A stretch of DNA of 64,000 nt, taken from an uncultured Bacteroidota bacterium (GTDB taxonomy: Bacteria; Bacteroidota; Bacteroidia; Bacteroidales; UBA12077). Each line of letters begins with the position of its first letter. Within the stretch, counting starts at the first letter, position 1. A model generated the notes under the pieces. The model was given only the letters and a program-made list of their open reading frames with translations. It made no database searches and was not told the DNA's origin. A program made the position numbers and the translations under genes. The stretch spans positions 68,728-132,727 of the forward strand of contig CAJXLK010000005.1 in assembly GCA_913055635.1 (NCBI GenBank). The letters are read 5' to 3'. This document shows, one piece after another, positions 36,799 through 47,228 of the stretch.

Positions 36799-36967
36799 GT
36801 TTTATTTTGCGGGACAAATATAATAATTAATTGTGTTTTTCCACGAATGGGACAGGTATTTCTTGAACCGGCTTCCTTTTAAAATACCGGTTGGGTGTTA
36901 TCATTTGTATCAAAAACTTGCTATCTTCGCAAAATTTGATTCGTAAAATACCTTAAAAGGCATATTC

Positions 36968-38731
36968 ATGTACAGAACACATACTTGTGGCGCATTGCGC
37001 ATGGAGCACGTTGGCAATAGGGTAACCCTGACCGGTTGGGTTCAGCGGATACGTGAATTAGGCGGGATGACGTTCATTACCCTTCGCGACCGCTATGGCA
37101 TCACCCAGCTGGTCTTTGATGAGCACGCCCCGAAGGCAGTAACCGACTTGCTGCCGGAGTTGGGGCGTGAATTTATCATCCGGGTGTCGGGCCAGGTTCG
37201 CGAGCGATCGAGTAAAAATCCGGCCATGCCCACTGGCGACATTGAAGTATCACCCGATGAGATGGAGGTGGTGAATCGTTCGGAGCTGCCCCCCTTCCTT
37301 ATTGAAAATGAAACCGATGGGGGAGAGGAGTTGCGCATGCGCTACCGTTATCTTGATTTGCGCCGTCAGGTATTGCGCGATAACATGATGCTGCGCCACC
37401 GAATGGCCCAGGAAATTCGTACATATCTGGATCAACACGCCTTTGTGGAGGTGGAAACTCCTTTTCTGATTAAGTCAACTCCTGAAGGTGCCCGTGATTT
37501 TGTGGTTCCTTCCCGCATGAATCCCGGTGAATTTTATGCTTTGCCCCAGAGCCCCCAGACGTTCAAACAGTTGTTGATGATTGGTGGATACGATCGGTAT
37601 TTCCAGATTGTTCGTTGTTTTAGGGATGAGGACCTTCGCGCCGACCGCCAGCCTGAGTTTACCCAGCTTGACTGCGAGATGGCCTTTGTCGACCAGGAAG
37701 ATGTGTTGAATACTTTTGAGGGACTGGCCAAGCATTTGTTTCAAGTGGTGGCCCACTACGACTATCAGGACCGCTTCCCCCGCATTACCTATGACGATGC
37801 CATCGGCCTTTATGGCACTGATAAGCCCGACTTAAGATTCGGCATGAAAATTGCAGATATAACCCGGGAGGTTCAGGGCCAGGGTTTTAAAGTATTTGAT
37901 CAGGCCGAATATATAGGCGGTATTTGTGCACAGGGATGTGCCGATTATAGCCGCAAACAACTGGATCAACTTACCGAGTTTGTTCAACGGCCACAGGTCG
38001 GCGCCAAAGGATTGGTCTATGTCAAATACAACAGCGATGGCTCCTTTAAATCTTCCGTGGATAAGTTCTTTGACCCTGATCGTTTTCAGCAATGGGCCCG
38101 GTTGATGAATGCCCAGCCCGGCGATTTGATGCTGATCCTTGCCGGAGCCCGCGAACAAACCCTTTCTGCCCTGGGCATGTTAAGACTGGAAATGGGCAGC
38201 CGCCTCGGCCTTAGGGATCCCGAAAAGTTTGCCCCGGCCTGGATCGTCGATTTTCCCCTTTTTGAATGGGATCCCGACCAGCAAAGATATACCGCCATGC
38301 ACCATCCCTTTACTTCCCCCAAAGATGAGGATGTCGGGCTTATTGACAAGGATCCGGCCAATATGCGCGCCAATGCCTATGATTTTGTAATCAATGGCGT
38401 TGAAATAGGCGGAGGTTCCGTTCGAATCCATACCCGTGAAATGCAGGAGAAAATGTTCGAAGCCCTCGGCATTTCCAAATCCGAAGCTCAAGAGCAATTT
38501 GGATTCCTGCTCAACGCCTTCCGCTATGGCGCCCCGCCCCATGGCGGAATTGCCTTTGGTTTTGACCGCTGGTGCGCGGTGATGGGTGGCTCTGACTCCA
38601 TCCGCGATTACATCGCATTCCCTAAAAATAACGCCGGGCGCGATTTGATGATCAACTCTCCAGCCCCTATATCCAAAGAGCAACTCCGGGAACTTCAGAT
38701 AAAGCTGGCGAACGGTTCCGATACGGGCTGA
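36968..38731 (+). CDS. aspS: Aspartate-tRNA ligase
   Basis: 587 aa. [11 protein letters not shown]..., OB-fold region, [39 protein letters not shown], and class II motif 3 GGIAFGFDR. Confidence 0.95.
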   Translation: MYRTHTCGALRMEHVGNRVTLTGWVQRIRELGGMTFITLRDRYGITQLVFDEHAPKAVTDLLPELGREFIIRVSGQVRERSSKNPAMPTGDIEVSPDEMEVVNRSELPPFLIENETDGGEELRMRYRYLDLRRQVLRDNMMLRHRMAQEIRTYLDQHAFVEVETPFLIKSTPEGARDFVVPSRMNPGEFYALPQSPQTFKQLLMIGGYDRYFQIVRCFRDEDLRADRQPEFTQLDCEMAFVDQEDVLNTFEGLAKHLFQVVAHYDYQDRFPRITYDDAIGLYGTDKPDLRFGMKIADITREVQGQGFKVFDQAEYIGGICAQGCADYSRKQLDQLTEFVQRPQVGAKGLVYVKYNSDGSFKSSVDKFFDPDRFQQWARLMNAQPGDLMLILAGAREQTLSALGMLRLEMGSRLGLRDPEKFAPAWIVDFPLFEWDPDQQRYTAMHHPFTSPKDEDVGLIDKDPANMRANAYDFVINGVEIGGGSVRIHTREMQEKMFEALGISKSEAQEQFGFLLNAFRYGAPPHGGIAFGFDRWCAVMGGSDSIRDYIAFPKNNAGRDLMINSPAPISKEQLRELQIKLANGSDTG

Positions 38732-38870
38732 AAAATGGAAAATTTTGTTTAAAATGTTTTTAAATAATTGTTCGATGAATTTCCAGCCCAATTTGTTAAT
38801 AAATTGCTCCGCGTTTTCGTTCTCTGATTTTAGTTGAACATTGGTTGTTTTCAAGTGAAATATTGATGTT

Positions 38871-39185
38871 ATGTTACAGGTAGAGCAGTACAACAATACC
38901 TATCGTTTAACCTTTCAGGGCACCCACAAATTTAATGTCTACAATGCCAAGGAAGTGGAAAATGAGCTGATGGAATATGTAAAAAAACCATCCGCCCGGG
39001 TGACCCTCAATTTAAACGGGGTGGATTTTATTGATAGTTCGGCTTTCGAGTCCCTTTTGAGGGTGCTGCGAAATGCCAAAATCAATAATACCGAATTCCA
39101 ACTGGCCAATATATCCAAAGAGGCCATGGAGCTGATCAAGCTGATGCAACTCGAGAATGTATTCAGCATTAAAAGCAACAATTAA
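38871..39185 (+). CDS. STAS domain protein (anti-sigma-factor antagonist-like)
   Basis: 104 aa. VTLNLNGVDFIDSSAFESLLRVLRNAK matches the SpoIIAA-like STAS core, including the Ser position (DSS). Confidence 0.75.
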   Translation: MLQVEQYNNTYRLTFQGTHKFNVYNAKEVENELMEYVKKPSARVTLNLNGVDFIDSSAFESLLRVLRNAKINNTEFQLANISKEAMELIKLMQLENVFSIKSNN

Positions 39186-39402
39186 GCTTATTTTAATTGG
39201 GGACACCTTATAAGCCCTGAACAGGGTCTAAGTATGGGTTGTCGCATTGATTCGTAAATCCGTTAGCCATATACATAAAGGTAACAAGAAAAAGCACAGT
39301 TCAGCCCATAACGGCCACCAGGAAAAGTGGCTGTCAGCCAGCAAATACTTTCTTTCAATGCTCCGGAATTTTTATTCAATGTCTTATTAAGGCTGAGGGG
39401 AC

Positions 39403-39768
39403 TTATGTCTGCGATGACTGGCTTTTTTCTTCGTTTAAAGCTTCCCAGTATTCCAGGGCCTGCCGGGTATGTGGGATGACAATCGTTCCACCCACCAGGT
39501 TGGCCACGGAAAAGACCTCATACATCTGTTCATTGGTGATTTCCAATTGGTGACATTGCTCCAGGTGATACTGAATGCAGTCATCACACCTCAAAACCAT
39601 GGACGAAACCAGCCCCAGCATCTCTTTGGTCTTTTCATCCAGGGCGCCTTCTTTGTAAGTATTGGTGTCCAGGTTCATGATCCTTTTGATCACTTTGTTG
39701 TCGGTCTCCTGCAGCTTTTGGTTCATCTTCGCCCGGTATTCCCGGAAGGATTTCAGCATGTCGCTCAT
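39403..39768 (-). CDS. Carboxymuconolactone decarboxylase (AhpD-like) family protein
   Basis: 121 aa. KEMLGLVSSMVLRCDDCIQYHL carries the CxxC-type motif of the AhpD/CMD fold. Confidence 0.75.
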   Translation of the reverse strand: MSDMLKSFREYRAKMNQKLQETDNKVIKRIMNLDTNTYKEGALDEKTKEMLGLVSSMVLRCDDCIQYHLEQCHQLEITNEQMYEVFSVANLVGGTIVIPHTRQALEYWEALNEEKSQSSQT

Positions 39769-39778
39769 AGAAAGGGAG

Positions 39779-41128
39779 TTATTTTGATTCTACCTGATTT
39801 CCGATTAAAGTCCCCGGTGTGGCCTGATCAATCCGAACCTGCACAAAATCACCCACCTGTTGGTTCCCTTTGGGAAATACCACCACCTGGTTCTGGGAGT
39901 TACGCCCCGATAATTGTTGGGAAGATTTTTTGGAGCTTCCTTCCACCAGTACCTCAAAGGTTTTGCCTACCGCTTTTTGTTTGACAGCAGCAGAGATTTT
40001 GTTCTGCAGGTCGATGATTTCCTGAAGTCTTTTCTTTTTGGTCTGTTCCGGGACATCATCTTCCATTTTTCGGGCAGCCCGGGTTCCGGGCCTTTCTGAA
40101 TATTTGAACATGTAAGCAAAGTCGTACTCTACATATTCCATCAGACTGAGGGTTTGGCGGTGATCATCTTCGTTTTCCGAACAAAAACCTGCCATGATGT
40201 CAGTGGTAATCTGGGCATCAGGAAGATGTGACCGGATCGCATCAATGCGGTTGAGGTACCATTCACGGGTATAACCCCGGTTCATGGCCTTTAGCACCTT
40301 GGTGCTGCCCGATTGGACGGGAAGGTGAATGTGGCGGCATATGTTCGGGTACCGGGCCATGACCTCCAGCACACGGTCCGAAAGATCTTTGGGATGCGAG
40401 GTTGAAAAGCGGATGCGGAGCCGGCTATCGATTTGAGCTACCTGTTCCAGCAGCCAGGCAAACGGATAGCTGCGCCCATCATTTGTCCTCCACCGGTAAG
40501 AGTCGACATTTTGCCCGATCAGGGTCACCTCCCGGTAACCAGCCTGCGCCAGGGTTTCTACCTCCCGGAATATCGTCTGTGGATCCCGGCTTCTCTCCCG
40601 GCCCCTTACATAGGGTACAATGCAATAAGTGCACATGTTGTTGCACCCCCGCATGATCGAAATGAAAGCCGATATGTTGTTGGCCCCGGTTCTTACCGGC
40701 ATGATATCCCCGTAGGTCTCTTCCCGCGAGAGAATCGTATTGACCCCGTTTTGCCCTGATTCAACCTGCTCCACCAACCCGGGCAAAGCCCGGTAGGCAT
40801 CGGGCCCCACCACCAAATCAACAGCTTTTTCCCGCTTCAGCAAATCCTCTTTTAATCGCTCCGCCATGCATCCAATAACCCCAATGCGCGTGCCGGGACG
40901 TTTTTCCTTTTGCTGGCGGAATACATCCAGCCGGCCCCATATCCTCTGCTCTGCATTCTCCCGGATTGAACAGGTGTTTACCAGTATCAGGCTGGCTTCT
41001 TCCATCCGCTCAGTAACTTCATACCCCTGCTCCTGCATCAGCGATATGACCACCTCGCTGTCGGCAACGTTCATCTGACATCCGTAAGTCTCTATGTATA
41101 GCTTCTTTCTGTCTGTCATCTCGCTCAT
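39779..41128 (-). CDS. miaB: tRNA (N6-isopentenyl adenosine(37)-C2)-methylthiotransferase
   Basis: 449 aa. LYIETYGCQMNVADSE (UPF0004 domain), radical-SAM CNNMCTYC, and a C-terminal TRAM domain. Confidence 0.92.
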   Translation of the reverse strand: MSEMTDRKKLYIETYGCQMNVADSEVVISLMQEQGYEVTERMEEASLILVNTCSIRENAEQRIWGRLDVFRQQKEKRPGTRIGVIGCMAERLKEDLLKREKAVDLVVGPDAYRALPGLVEQVESGQNGVNTILSREETYGDIMPVRTGANNISAFISIMRGCNNMCTYCIVPYVRGRERSRDPQTIFREVETLAQAGYREVTLIGQNVDSYRWRTNDGRSYPFAWLLEQVAQIDSRLRIRFSTSHPKDLSDRVLEVMARYPNICRHIHLPVQSGSTKVLKAMNRGYTREWYLNRIDAIRSHLPDAQITTDIMAGFCSENEDDHRQTLSLMEYVEYDFAYMFKYSERPGTRAARKMEDDVPEQTKKKRLQEIIDLQNKISAAVKQKAVGKTFEVLVEGSSKKSSQQLSGRNSQNQVVVFPKGNQQVGDFVQVRIDQATPGTLIGNQVESK

Positions 41129-41335
41129 ACCAGCTGTTCATTTGTAAATAATAGGACTGTATGTTCTGCCGTTGCAAAATTACAACGATCATTGGAAATC
41201 ATGACATGATTTTTTCAAGGAATATATGAGGGCTGGTTTTAAACCAGCAACAGCGCCAGCTTGAATCTATTTAAACCCGATTTAGACAAATTATATTATC
41301 TTTGTATTTGAAAATTTTAAACAGGTCTATCACTT

Positions 41336-42091
41336 ATGGCAGGTCATAGTAAATGGAACAATATAAAACGAAGAAAAGAGGCACAGGACAAAAAGAAGTC
41401 AAGGATATTTACCCGTTACGTCAAAGAGATCAGTGTGGCGGTCAAGGAAGGGGGGCCTGATCCAGAGAGCAATTCCCGTTTAAGGATGGCCCTTCAAAAT
41501 GCCAAAGGGGTCAATATGCCCAAAGACAATATTGAACGGGCCATCAAAAAAGCCACCAGCGATGGCAGTCAATTGGAAAAGGTATTTTTTGAAGGATATG
41601 CCCAGGATGGGGTCGCCGTTTTTGTGGAGTGCCTGACCGATAACCGCAACCGCACGGTCAGCAGCGTTCGCGCCATCTTTAACAAGCATGGCGGGAGCCT
41701 CGGCAAAAATGGCTCGATCAGCCACTTGTTTGACCAAAAGGGGATCTTTACCATTCCTCGCAAAGAAGATATGGATTTGGAGGAGTTGGAGCTGGAATTG
41801 ATTGATGCCGGCGCTGAAGATCTGGACGTCGAAGCGGATTACCTGACGGTGACCACTGCTAAAGAGGATTTTGGCCCGGTACAGAAAAAACTCGAAGCGC
41901 TTCAGATTGAACCGGAGAATTCAAGCCTCCAGATGATTCCCAAGGCCACCAAGGCCCTTGATGTCGATTCGGCCCTGAAGGTGATGAAGATGATTGATGT
42001 CTTTGAGGACGATGACGATGTGCAAAACGTTTACCACAACCTGGAGTTGACCGACGAGTTGCAGGAAGCCCTTAATACAAACCCCGCTTAG
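41336..42091 (+). CDS. yebC: YebC/PmpR family DNA-binding transcriptional regulator
   Basis: 251 aa. MAGHSKWNNIKRRKEAQDKKKS... is the canonical N-terminus. The last three codons and the TAG stop lie inside the first palindromic repeat copy. Confidence 0.92.
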   Translation: MAGHSKWNNIKRRKEAQDKKKSRIFTRYVKEISVAVKEGGPDPESNSRLRMALQNAKGVNMPKDNIERAIKKATSDGSQLEKVFFEGYAQDGVAVFVECLTDNRNRTVSSVRAIFNKHGGSLGKNGSISHLFDQKGIFTIPRKEDMDLEELELELIDAGAEDLDVEADYLTVTTAKEDFGPVQKKLEALQIEPENSSLQMIPKATKALDVDSALKVMKMIDVFEDDDDVQNVYHNLELTDELQEALNTNPA

Positions 42092-42199
42092 CGGGGTCGT
42101 TTCTTACCCCCGCTTAGCGGGGTCGTTTCTTACCCCCGCTTAGCGGGGTGTTTTTTTACGGGCTTTTTGACCCCGCTAAGCGGACCCCGCTTAGCGGGG
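42082..42199. repeat. Cluster of the CCCCGCTTAGCGGGG palindrome (4 full copies and 1 truncated copy)
   Basis: Full copies at 42082-42096, 42108-42122 and 42134-42148, with a 26-bp period and identical TCGTTTCTTAC spacers. A truncated TAA-loop copy lies at 42171-42183. The last full copy is at 42185-42199. Confidence 0.92.
42134..42157 (+). terminator. Probable intrinsic terminator formed by repeat copy 3 plus a T-run
   Basis: Hairpin CCCCGC-TTA-GCGGGG (42134-42148) followed by TG and TTTTTTT (42151-42157), downstream of yebC. Confidence 0.5.
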
Positions 42200-42263
42200 T
42201 CCCATTAAACGCTGTGGCGGAGAAATCATCTAACAAAACAAATGGCCAGGTGTTAATGGCCTA

Positions 42264-44924
42264 ATGACAAAACGTGTAAAGTCCCGTATTATGAAAACTA
42301 CCTGCTTCCTCCCGCGAATACTGAGTCTTTTGTTATTGTTGATTGTTTTTCAGCCTGTTTATGGTCAGAAGGATATCAACAGGCCCTCGGAACATTTTGG
42401 TTTCAAGCCCGGAGCCGACCGGATGCTTTTCAATTATGAAGCGTTAATCAGCTACCTCGAGCATATTGAAGAGGCATCCGGGCGCATGGAGATGAAGAAG
42501 ATTGGACAAAGTCCGGAGGGTAAGCCCATGTATGGGGCTTTCTTTTCTACCCCGGAAAATCTGGATAACCTGGATAAACTGCGCAGGATCAACGAAGAGT
42601 TGGCCCTTAATGAGAACCTGACCCCACGGCAGCGGCAAAAGTACCAGCGGGAAGGGAAGGTGTTTTTTGTGGCCACCCTCTCAATGCATGCCAGCGAGGT
42701 AGGCCCTTCCCAGGCAGCTCCGCTGATTGCCTACAGGCTGGCCACCACCCAGTCGCGGGATACTTTGAGTTGGTTGAACGACGTGGTCTACATGATGGTT
42801 CCCTCCCATAATCCCGATGGAATGAATATGGTGGTGGAACATTACAACAAATACAAGGGCACCCAATATGAAGGCAGCTCCATGCCAGGGGTGTACCATA
42901 AATATGTGGGGCATGACAACAACCGCGATTTTGTCACCCTCACCCAGCAGGATAACCGTGCCGTCTCGCGGCTTTTTAGCCAGAGCTGGTATCCTCAGGT
43001 CATGGTCGAAAAGCATCAGATGGGCTCTACAGGCCCCCGCTATTTTGTTCCCCCAAACCATGATCCCATCGCAGAAAATATCGATGCCGGTATTTGGAAC
43101 TGGATGGGCATCTTTGGTATGAATATGATCAAGGATATGACCCGGGAAAACCTGGCCGGGGTCTCTCAGCATTATGCCTTCGACAATTACTGGCCGGGTT
43201 CGACCGAAACATGTATCTGGAAAAATGTCATCGGTTTTTTGACCGAATGTGCCAGCGCCCAATATGCAACACCGATATATGTCGAGGAGAATGAGCTTTC
43301 GGTTTGGGGCAAAGGCCTTTCCGAGTATAAGAAAAGCATTAACATGCCCCTGCCTTGGGAAGGGGGCTGGTGGAAGCTGAGTGATATCATGGATTATGAA
43401 CTGACCTCGACCTTTTCAGCCATTAAGACCTGTTCCAATCACAAAGCCGATATATTGAAGTTCCGCAACGACATGTGCCGTAAGCAGGTGGAGAAGGGAA
43501 AGAGCCAGCCTCCGTATTATTATGTTTTTCCCCGCCAGCAGCATGATCAGAGTGAACTGGTGGATTTGATCAATTTGCTCAAAACCCATGGAATAGACCG
43601 TTACAAATTGGACAGCAATATGCATGCGGGAGGTCATCCCCTAAAGAAGGGCGATCTTGTAATTCCCCTGGCACAACCCTTCCGGCCTTTTATCAAAGAG
43701 GTGCTGGAAAGACAGGATTACCCGGTGCGGCATTATACCCCCGGGGGAAAGATGATCAAGCCCTACGATATCACCTCCTGGTCTCTTCCCCTGCATAAAG
43801 GCCTGGCGTACCATGAGATGAACAAGCGCTCGCGCAGACTGGAACAGGCGCTTGTAAAGATTCAGGGCCGTTACAGCCTGAATCCGGGAATAAATCATCC
43901 CTACCAGGCGATGGTCCTGCCGGTGACCAACAACGAGAGTTATCAGGCTGCCTTTATGGCCCATCAGAAGGGTCTGGAAGTGCGCTATATTAAGGAGTCG
44001 CGTCAAATTGCCGGGCAGATGGTAAAGCAGGGTGCCTTTATCATCCCAGATGTGCAAGATCACCAGGATGAAATGGAGCAGATCGAATCGGCCCTTAGCA
44101 CTCAACCCCGGGTGCTCAAAAAAGAACCTGCCTTTCCCACCCACAAGCTTGATTTCCCCAAAGTGGCACTGATTGAAACCTGGCTGCATGACATGGATGC
44201 CGGATGGACCCGCTACCTTTTTGACCGTTACCGGATAGGTTACCAGGTGCTGCGGCCCGGTCAGATTACAAATGCAGACCTTCAGGCCTATGATGTCCTT
44301 GTCTTCCCCGACAACAATAAGTCGGTTTTGATGCAAGGCCAGTATGAAGACAAGGAAAGTTACCGGATGAGCTCTTATCCCCCCGAATATACAAAAGGTA
44401 TGGGCGAAGAGGGATTGCAAAAGGTGATGAAATACCTGGACCAGGGAGGTAAAGTCGTGGCCTGGGGCCGGTCAACTGAACTTTTTATGGGCAAGCAGAC
44501 GATTAGGGAGAATGGTGAAAGCGAAACCTTTACATTGCCGGTGGCCAACAAAGCTGATGAAATGGAGCAAGAAGGCCTCTATTGCCCTGGATCGCTGGTG
44601 CGCATCCAATTAAACCCCAATTCTGTTTTCCATTTGGGTATGCCCGAAGATATTGGGGTTTTCTACCGCGGCGATCCGGTCTTTGCTACCCGGGTCCCCC
44701 TGTTTGATATGGATCGAAGGGTTTTGGCGCATTTTCCTGACGAAAATATCCTGATGAGCGGCTATGCCGAAAAACCCCAAGTGCTTGCCGGCGAACCATC
44801 CCATGTCTGGCTGGGAAAAGGCCGGGGTGAAATGGTGCTGTTTTCATTTAGACCTCAGTTCAGGGCTTCAACGCCGGCCGATTATAAGATGATATTCAAC
44901 AGCCTTTTGTTTTCCAGGCAATAA
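42264..44924 (+). CDS. M14 family zinc carboxypeptidase-like protein (secreted, long form)
   Basis: 886 aa with a signal peptide (ILSLLLLLIVFQPVYGQ). HxxE in MHASEVG, SHNPDGMNMV, and a later His in EKHQMGS. An alternative ATG at 42291 is possible. Confidence 0.8.
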   Translation: MTKRVKSRIMKTTCFLPRILSLLLLLIVFQPVYGQKDINRPSEHFGFKPGADRMLFNYEALISYLEHIEEASGRMEMKKIGQSPEGKPMYGAFFSTPENLDNLDKLRRINEELALNENLTPRQRQKYQREGKVFFVATLSMHASEVGPSQAAPLIAYRLATTQSRDTLSWLNDVVYMMVPSHNPDGMNMVVEHYNKYKGTQYEGSSMPGVYHKYVGHDNNRDFVTLTQQDNRAVSRLFSQSWYPQVMVEKHQMGSTGPRYFVPPNHDPIAENIDAGIWNWMGIFGMNMIKDMTRENLAGVSQHYAFDNYWPGSTETCIWKNVIGFLTECASAQYATPIYVEENELSVWGKGLSEYKKSINMPLPWEGGWWKLSDIMDYELTSTFSAIKTCSNHKADILKFRNDMCRKQVEKGKSQPPYYYVFPRQQHDQSELVDLINLLKTHGIDRYKLDSNMHAGGHPLKKGDLVIPLAQPFRPFIKEVLERQDYPVRHYTPGGKMIKPYDITSWSLPLHKGLAYHEMNKRSRRLEQALVKIQGRYSLNPGINHPYQAMVLPVTNNESYQAAFMAHQKGLEVRYIKESRQIAGQMVKQGAFIIPDVQDHQDEMEQIESALSTQPRVLKKEPAFPTHKLDFPKVALIETWLHDMDAGWTRYLFDRYRIGYQVLRPGQITNADLQAYDVLVFPDNNKSVLMQGQYEDKESYRMSSYPPEYTKGMGEEGLQKVMKYLDQGGKVVAWGRSTELFMGKQTIRENGESETFTLPVANKADEMEQEGLYCPGSLVRIQLNPNSVFHLGMPEDIGVFYRGDPVFATRVPLFDMDRRVLAHFPDENILMSGYAEKPQVLAGEPSHVWLGKGRGEMVLFSFRPQFRASTPADYKMIFNSLLFSRQ

Positions 44925-45031
44925 AAGACCTGAAGAGGGCTCTCTCATGCGGTGAGATCAAACCTGGAAGCATCTTTGCTGGTCGGGGAAAAATGCATTA
45001 ACTTCGCCTTTTGGGTTAAAAAGGCATCCAA

Positions 45032-45976
45032 ATGCAGGAAAATCGTTCCCGGACCATTAAACGGGCTTCCATAATTGGTATCATTGGCAATGCATTGTTA
45101 TCGGCCGCCAAGATCGTCTTTGGATTATTATCGGGAAGTTACGCCGTGATCAGTGATGGATTGGATTCGGCCTCTGACGTTTTGACCTTTGCGGTAACTT
45201 ATTATGCCTCCTGCATCATCAACCGACCCCCCAATTACAAGTATCCTTATGGTTATCAGCGGGCAGAGGCTGTTGCCAGTAAAGTGCTCAGCTTTATTAT
45301 CTTTTTTGTTGGCGCCCAATTGTTTTACTCCTCCCTGATGCGCATCATTCATAATGAACCCCACCAGATTCCTTCAATGGCCGCTTTGTATGTCACCATC
45401 GCTTCGGTATTGGTCAAAGGCGGGTTGTATCTTTATAACGCCATTACCGGCAAACGAATCAGGAGCGGGATGTTGCTGGCCAATGCCAAAAACATGCGCA
45501 ACGACATCCTGATCTCAGGATCCGTTCTGGTAGGGCTTTTCTTCACCTATTACCTCAATTTGCCTTTGTTCGACCTGTTGACGGCCCTGGCCATCAGCAT
45601 ATGGATCATGAAGGACGCTTTTTCCATTTTTATGCAAAGCAGTGTTGAGCTGATGGACGGGGTGGAGGATGCCAGTGTGTACTATCAGGTTTTTGAAGCG
45701 GTCGAACAAACCCGGGGGGCTTATCATCCACACCGTTTGCGGGTGAGAAAACACGCCGATCAATACGTGATCGCCCTCGATATTGAAGTGGATCCTGAGA
45801 TCAAAATTGCAAACGCCCACAAAATTGCCAAACAGGTGGAGGAGAACATTAAACAAAAGGTGGGCAAAACCTTTGATGTGATGGTTCATACCGAACCTTT
45901 GGGCAATATAGAGACCGATGAACAATTTGGTCTTTCCCGTGAAAAAATGGAAAATGAAAACAACGACACACCATGA
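45032..45976 (+). CDS. Cation diffusion facilitator (CDF) family transporter
   Basis: 314 aa. SGSYAVISDGLDSASDV (TM2 metal site), six TM segments, and a C-terminal cytoplasmic domain (YHPHRLRVRKHADQYVIALDIEV). Confidence 0.88.
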   Translation: MQENRSRTIKRASIIGIIGNALLSAAKIVFGLLSGSYAVISDGLDSASDVLTFAVTYYASCIINRPPNYKYPYGYQRAEAVASKVLSFIIFFVGAQLFYSSLMRIIHNEPHQIPSMAALYVTIASVLVKGGLYLYNAITGKRIRSGMLLANAKNMRNDILISGSVLVGLFFTYYLNLPLFDLLTALAISIWIMKDAFSIFMQSSVELMDGVEDASVYYQVFEAVEQTRGAYHPHRLRVRKHADQYVIALDIEVDPEIKIANAHKIAKQVEENIKQKVGKTFDVMVHTEPLGNIETDEQFGLSREKMENENNDTP

Positions 45977-47106
45977 AGCAATATCAGCGACCTGCCGGCT
46001 CTCTGATCAGCCACATGAGCAATATGGTAAAAGCCCATGGCGGCATCAACATGGCTCAGGGCATACCCGGCTTTGATCCCCCCGAAGCTTTGCTTCAATA
46101 CCTGAGCCAGGCGGCCGGGGATCCGGTGCACCAATACGCCCCGGGTATCGGCAATGAAAACCTCCTGGACCTTTTGCTGGGGAAATATCAACCCCTGGCT
46201 TCCTTCACCCGGGATAACCTTTTGATCACCAATGGAGCCACTGAAGCGGTGTCTCTGCTCTATACCTACTTCAATCAGTTGTTGACCCGGCCATACTCGG
46301 TCCTGGCCTTTGAACCTGCCTATGAAACCTACCGAAAACTTCCCGCAATCTTTCATGACCCTTTCATCCCGTTTGCCTATGACCCCGAGGGCAGCATTGA
46401 TTTTGATCGTTTATCCCGGGTTTGCCGGGAAGAGAAGGTGAAAATCATCTTTCTGAACACCCCGGGCAATCCTTATGGAAGGATCTGGAGCAGGCAGGAA
46501 ATCGATCAGCTGCTCGAAATATCCCGGCAGCAGGATATTTTCCTGGTGCTTGATTCGGTCTATCAGGAACTCTATTTCGGCGATGAACCCCATCATCCTG
46601 TAGCTGCTTTTAATGAGCGGATGTTTTATGTGAACAGTTTTTCCAAGATCTTTTCAATAACCGGCTGGCGAATTGGTTACCTCTTTGCACCAGCCGCTCA
46701 TATGAAGCAGATTCGTTCGGTTCATGATTATACCGGTTTGAGTGTTCCTTCGGTGCTCCAGGAGGCGTTGGTCAGATACATCAGCAACTGTCACTGGGGA
46801 AAAGATTACATGGCCCATATCCGTGGAAGACTTGCTGAAAATTTCACGCTCATGCGACGGGGTCTGGAAGGATTGGATTTTGAGATTCCCCGGATCCGGG
46901 GCGGTTTTTTTGTCTGGGCCCGCCTGCCGGAAGGTTACACCGACGGATTTGAAGTGGCCATGGAGCTTTATGATCAGCAAAAGGTGGCTGTCATCCCCGG
47001 CGAACATTTTTCGGACAACCACCAACATTATATCCGCCTGAACATCGCCCGCGATAAGGAAGAGGTTGAAGAAGGCCTGCGACGGATCAGGGCTTTTTTC
47101 TCGTAA
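45973..47106 (+). CDS. Pyridoxal-phosphate-dependent aminotransferase (class I/II)
   Basis: 377 aa. NSFSKIFSITGWRIGY carries the PLP lysine. There is an ATGA overlap with the CDF gene. Confidence 0.88.
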   Translation: MKQYQRPAGSLISHMSNMVKAHGGINMAQGIPGFDPPEALLQYLSQAAGDPVHQYAPGIGNENLLDLLLGKYQPLASFTRDNLLITNGATEAVSLLYTYFNQLLTRPYSVLAFEPAYETYRKLPAIFHDPFIPFAYDPEGSIDFDRLSRVCREEKVKIIFLNTPGNPYGRIWSRQEIDQLLEISRQQDIFLVLDSVYQELYFGDEPHHPVAAFNERMFYVNSFSKIFSITGWRIGYLFAPAAHMKQIRSVHDYTGLSVPSVLQEALVRYISNCHWGKDYMAHIRGRLAENFTLMRRGLEGLDFEIPRIRGGFFVWARLPEGYTDGFEVAMELYDQQKVAVIPGEHFSDNHQHYIRLNIARDKEEVEEGLRRIRAFFS

Positions 47107-47114
47107 ACCAACCC

Positions 47115-47228
47115 TCCATCATGGCTGTGGAGGACACATCTTGCCTTTAATACGAATACCGTCTGGCTATGATGCAGATGCGTAAAATGGTTCCATCATG
47201 AACGTAGAGGACACTTCTTGTCTTTATT
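47115..47228 (+). repeat. Two imperfect 37-bp direct repeats, each carrying an ATG mini-ORF
   Basis: TCCATCATGGCTGTGGAGGACACATCTTGCCTTTAAT at 47115-47151, and TCCATCATGAACGTAGAGGACACTTCTTGTCTTTATT at 47192-47228. See findings. Confidence 0.8.

Noticed and set aside
36566-36817. 83-aa ORF on the minus strand.
   Set aside because: It is read straight through the tRNA-Val gene (36724-36798) and its terminator. The tRNA fold is unambiguous.
36400-36967. tRNA-Val locus as a possible integration site of a mobile element.
   Set aside because: There is no integrase, excisionase or phage-like gene on either side. I saw no duplicated copy of the tRNA 3' end nearby, and the flanking genes (alpha/beta hydrolase, aspS) are ordinary.
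38180-38896. 238-aa minus-strand ORF spanning the aspS 3' end and the aspS-STAS intergenic region.
   Set aside because: Most of it is antisense to aspS. The remainder crosses the STAS gene start. It has no motif.
43641-44420. 259-aa minus-strand ORF within the M14 peptidase gene.
   Set aside because: It is an antisense shadow ORF. The plus-strand frame carries the peptidase motifs and is continuous for 886 codons.
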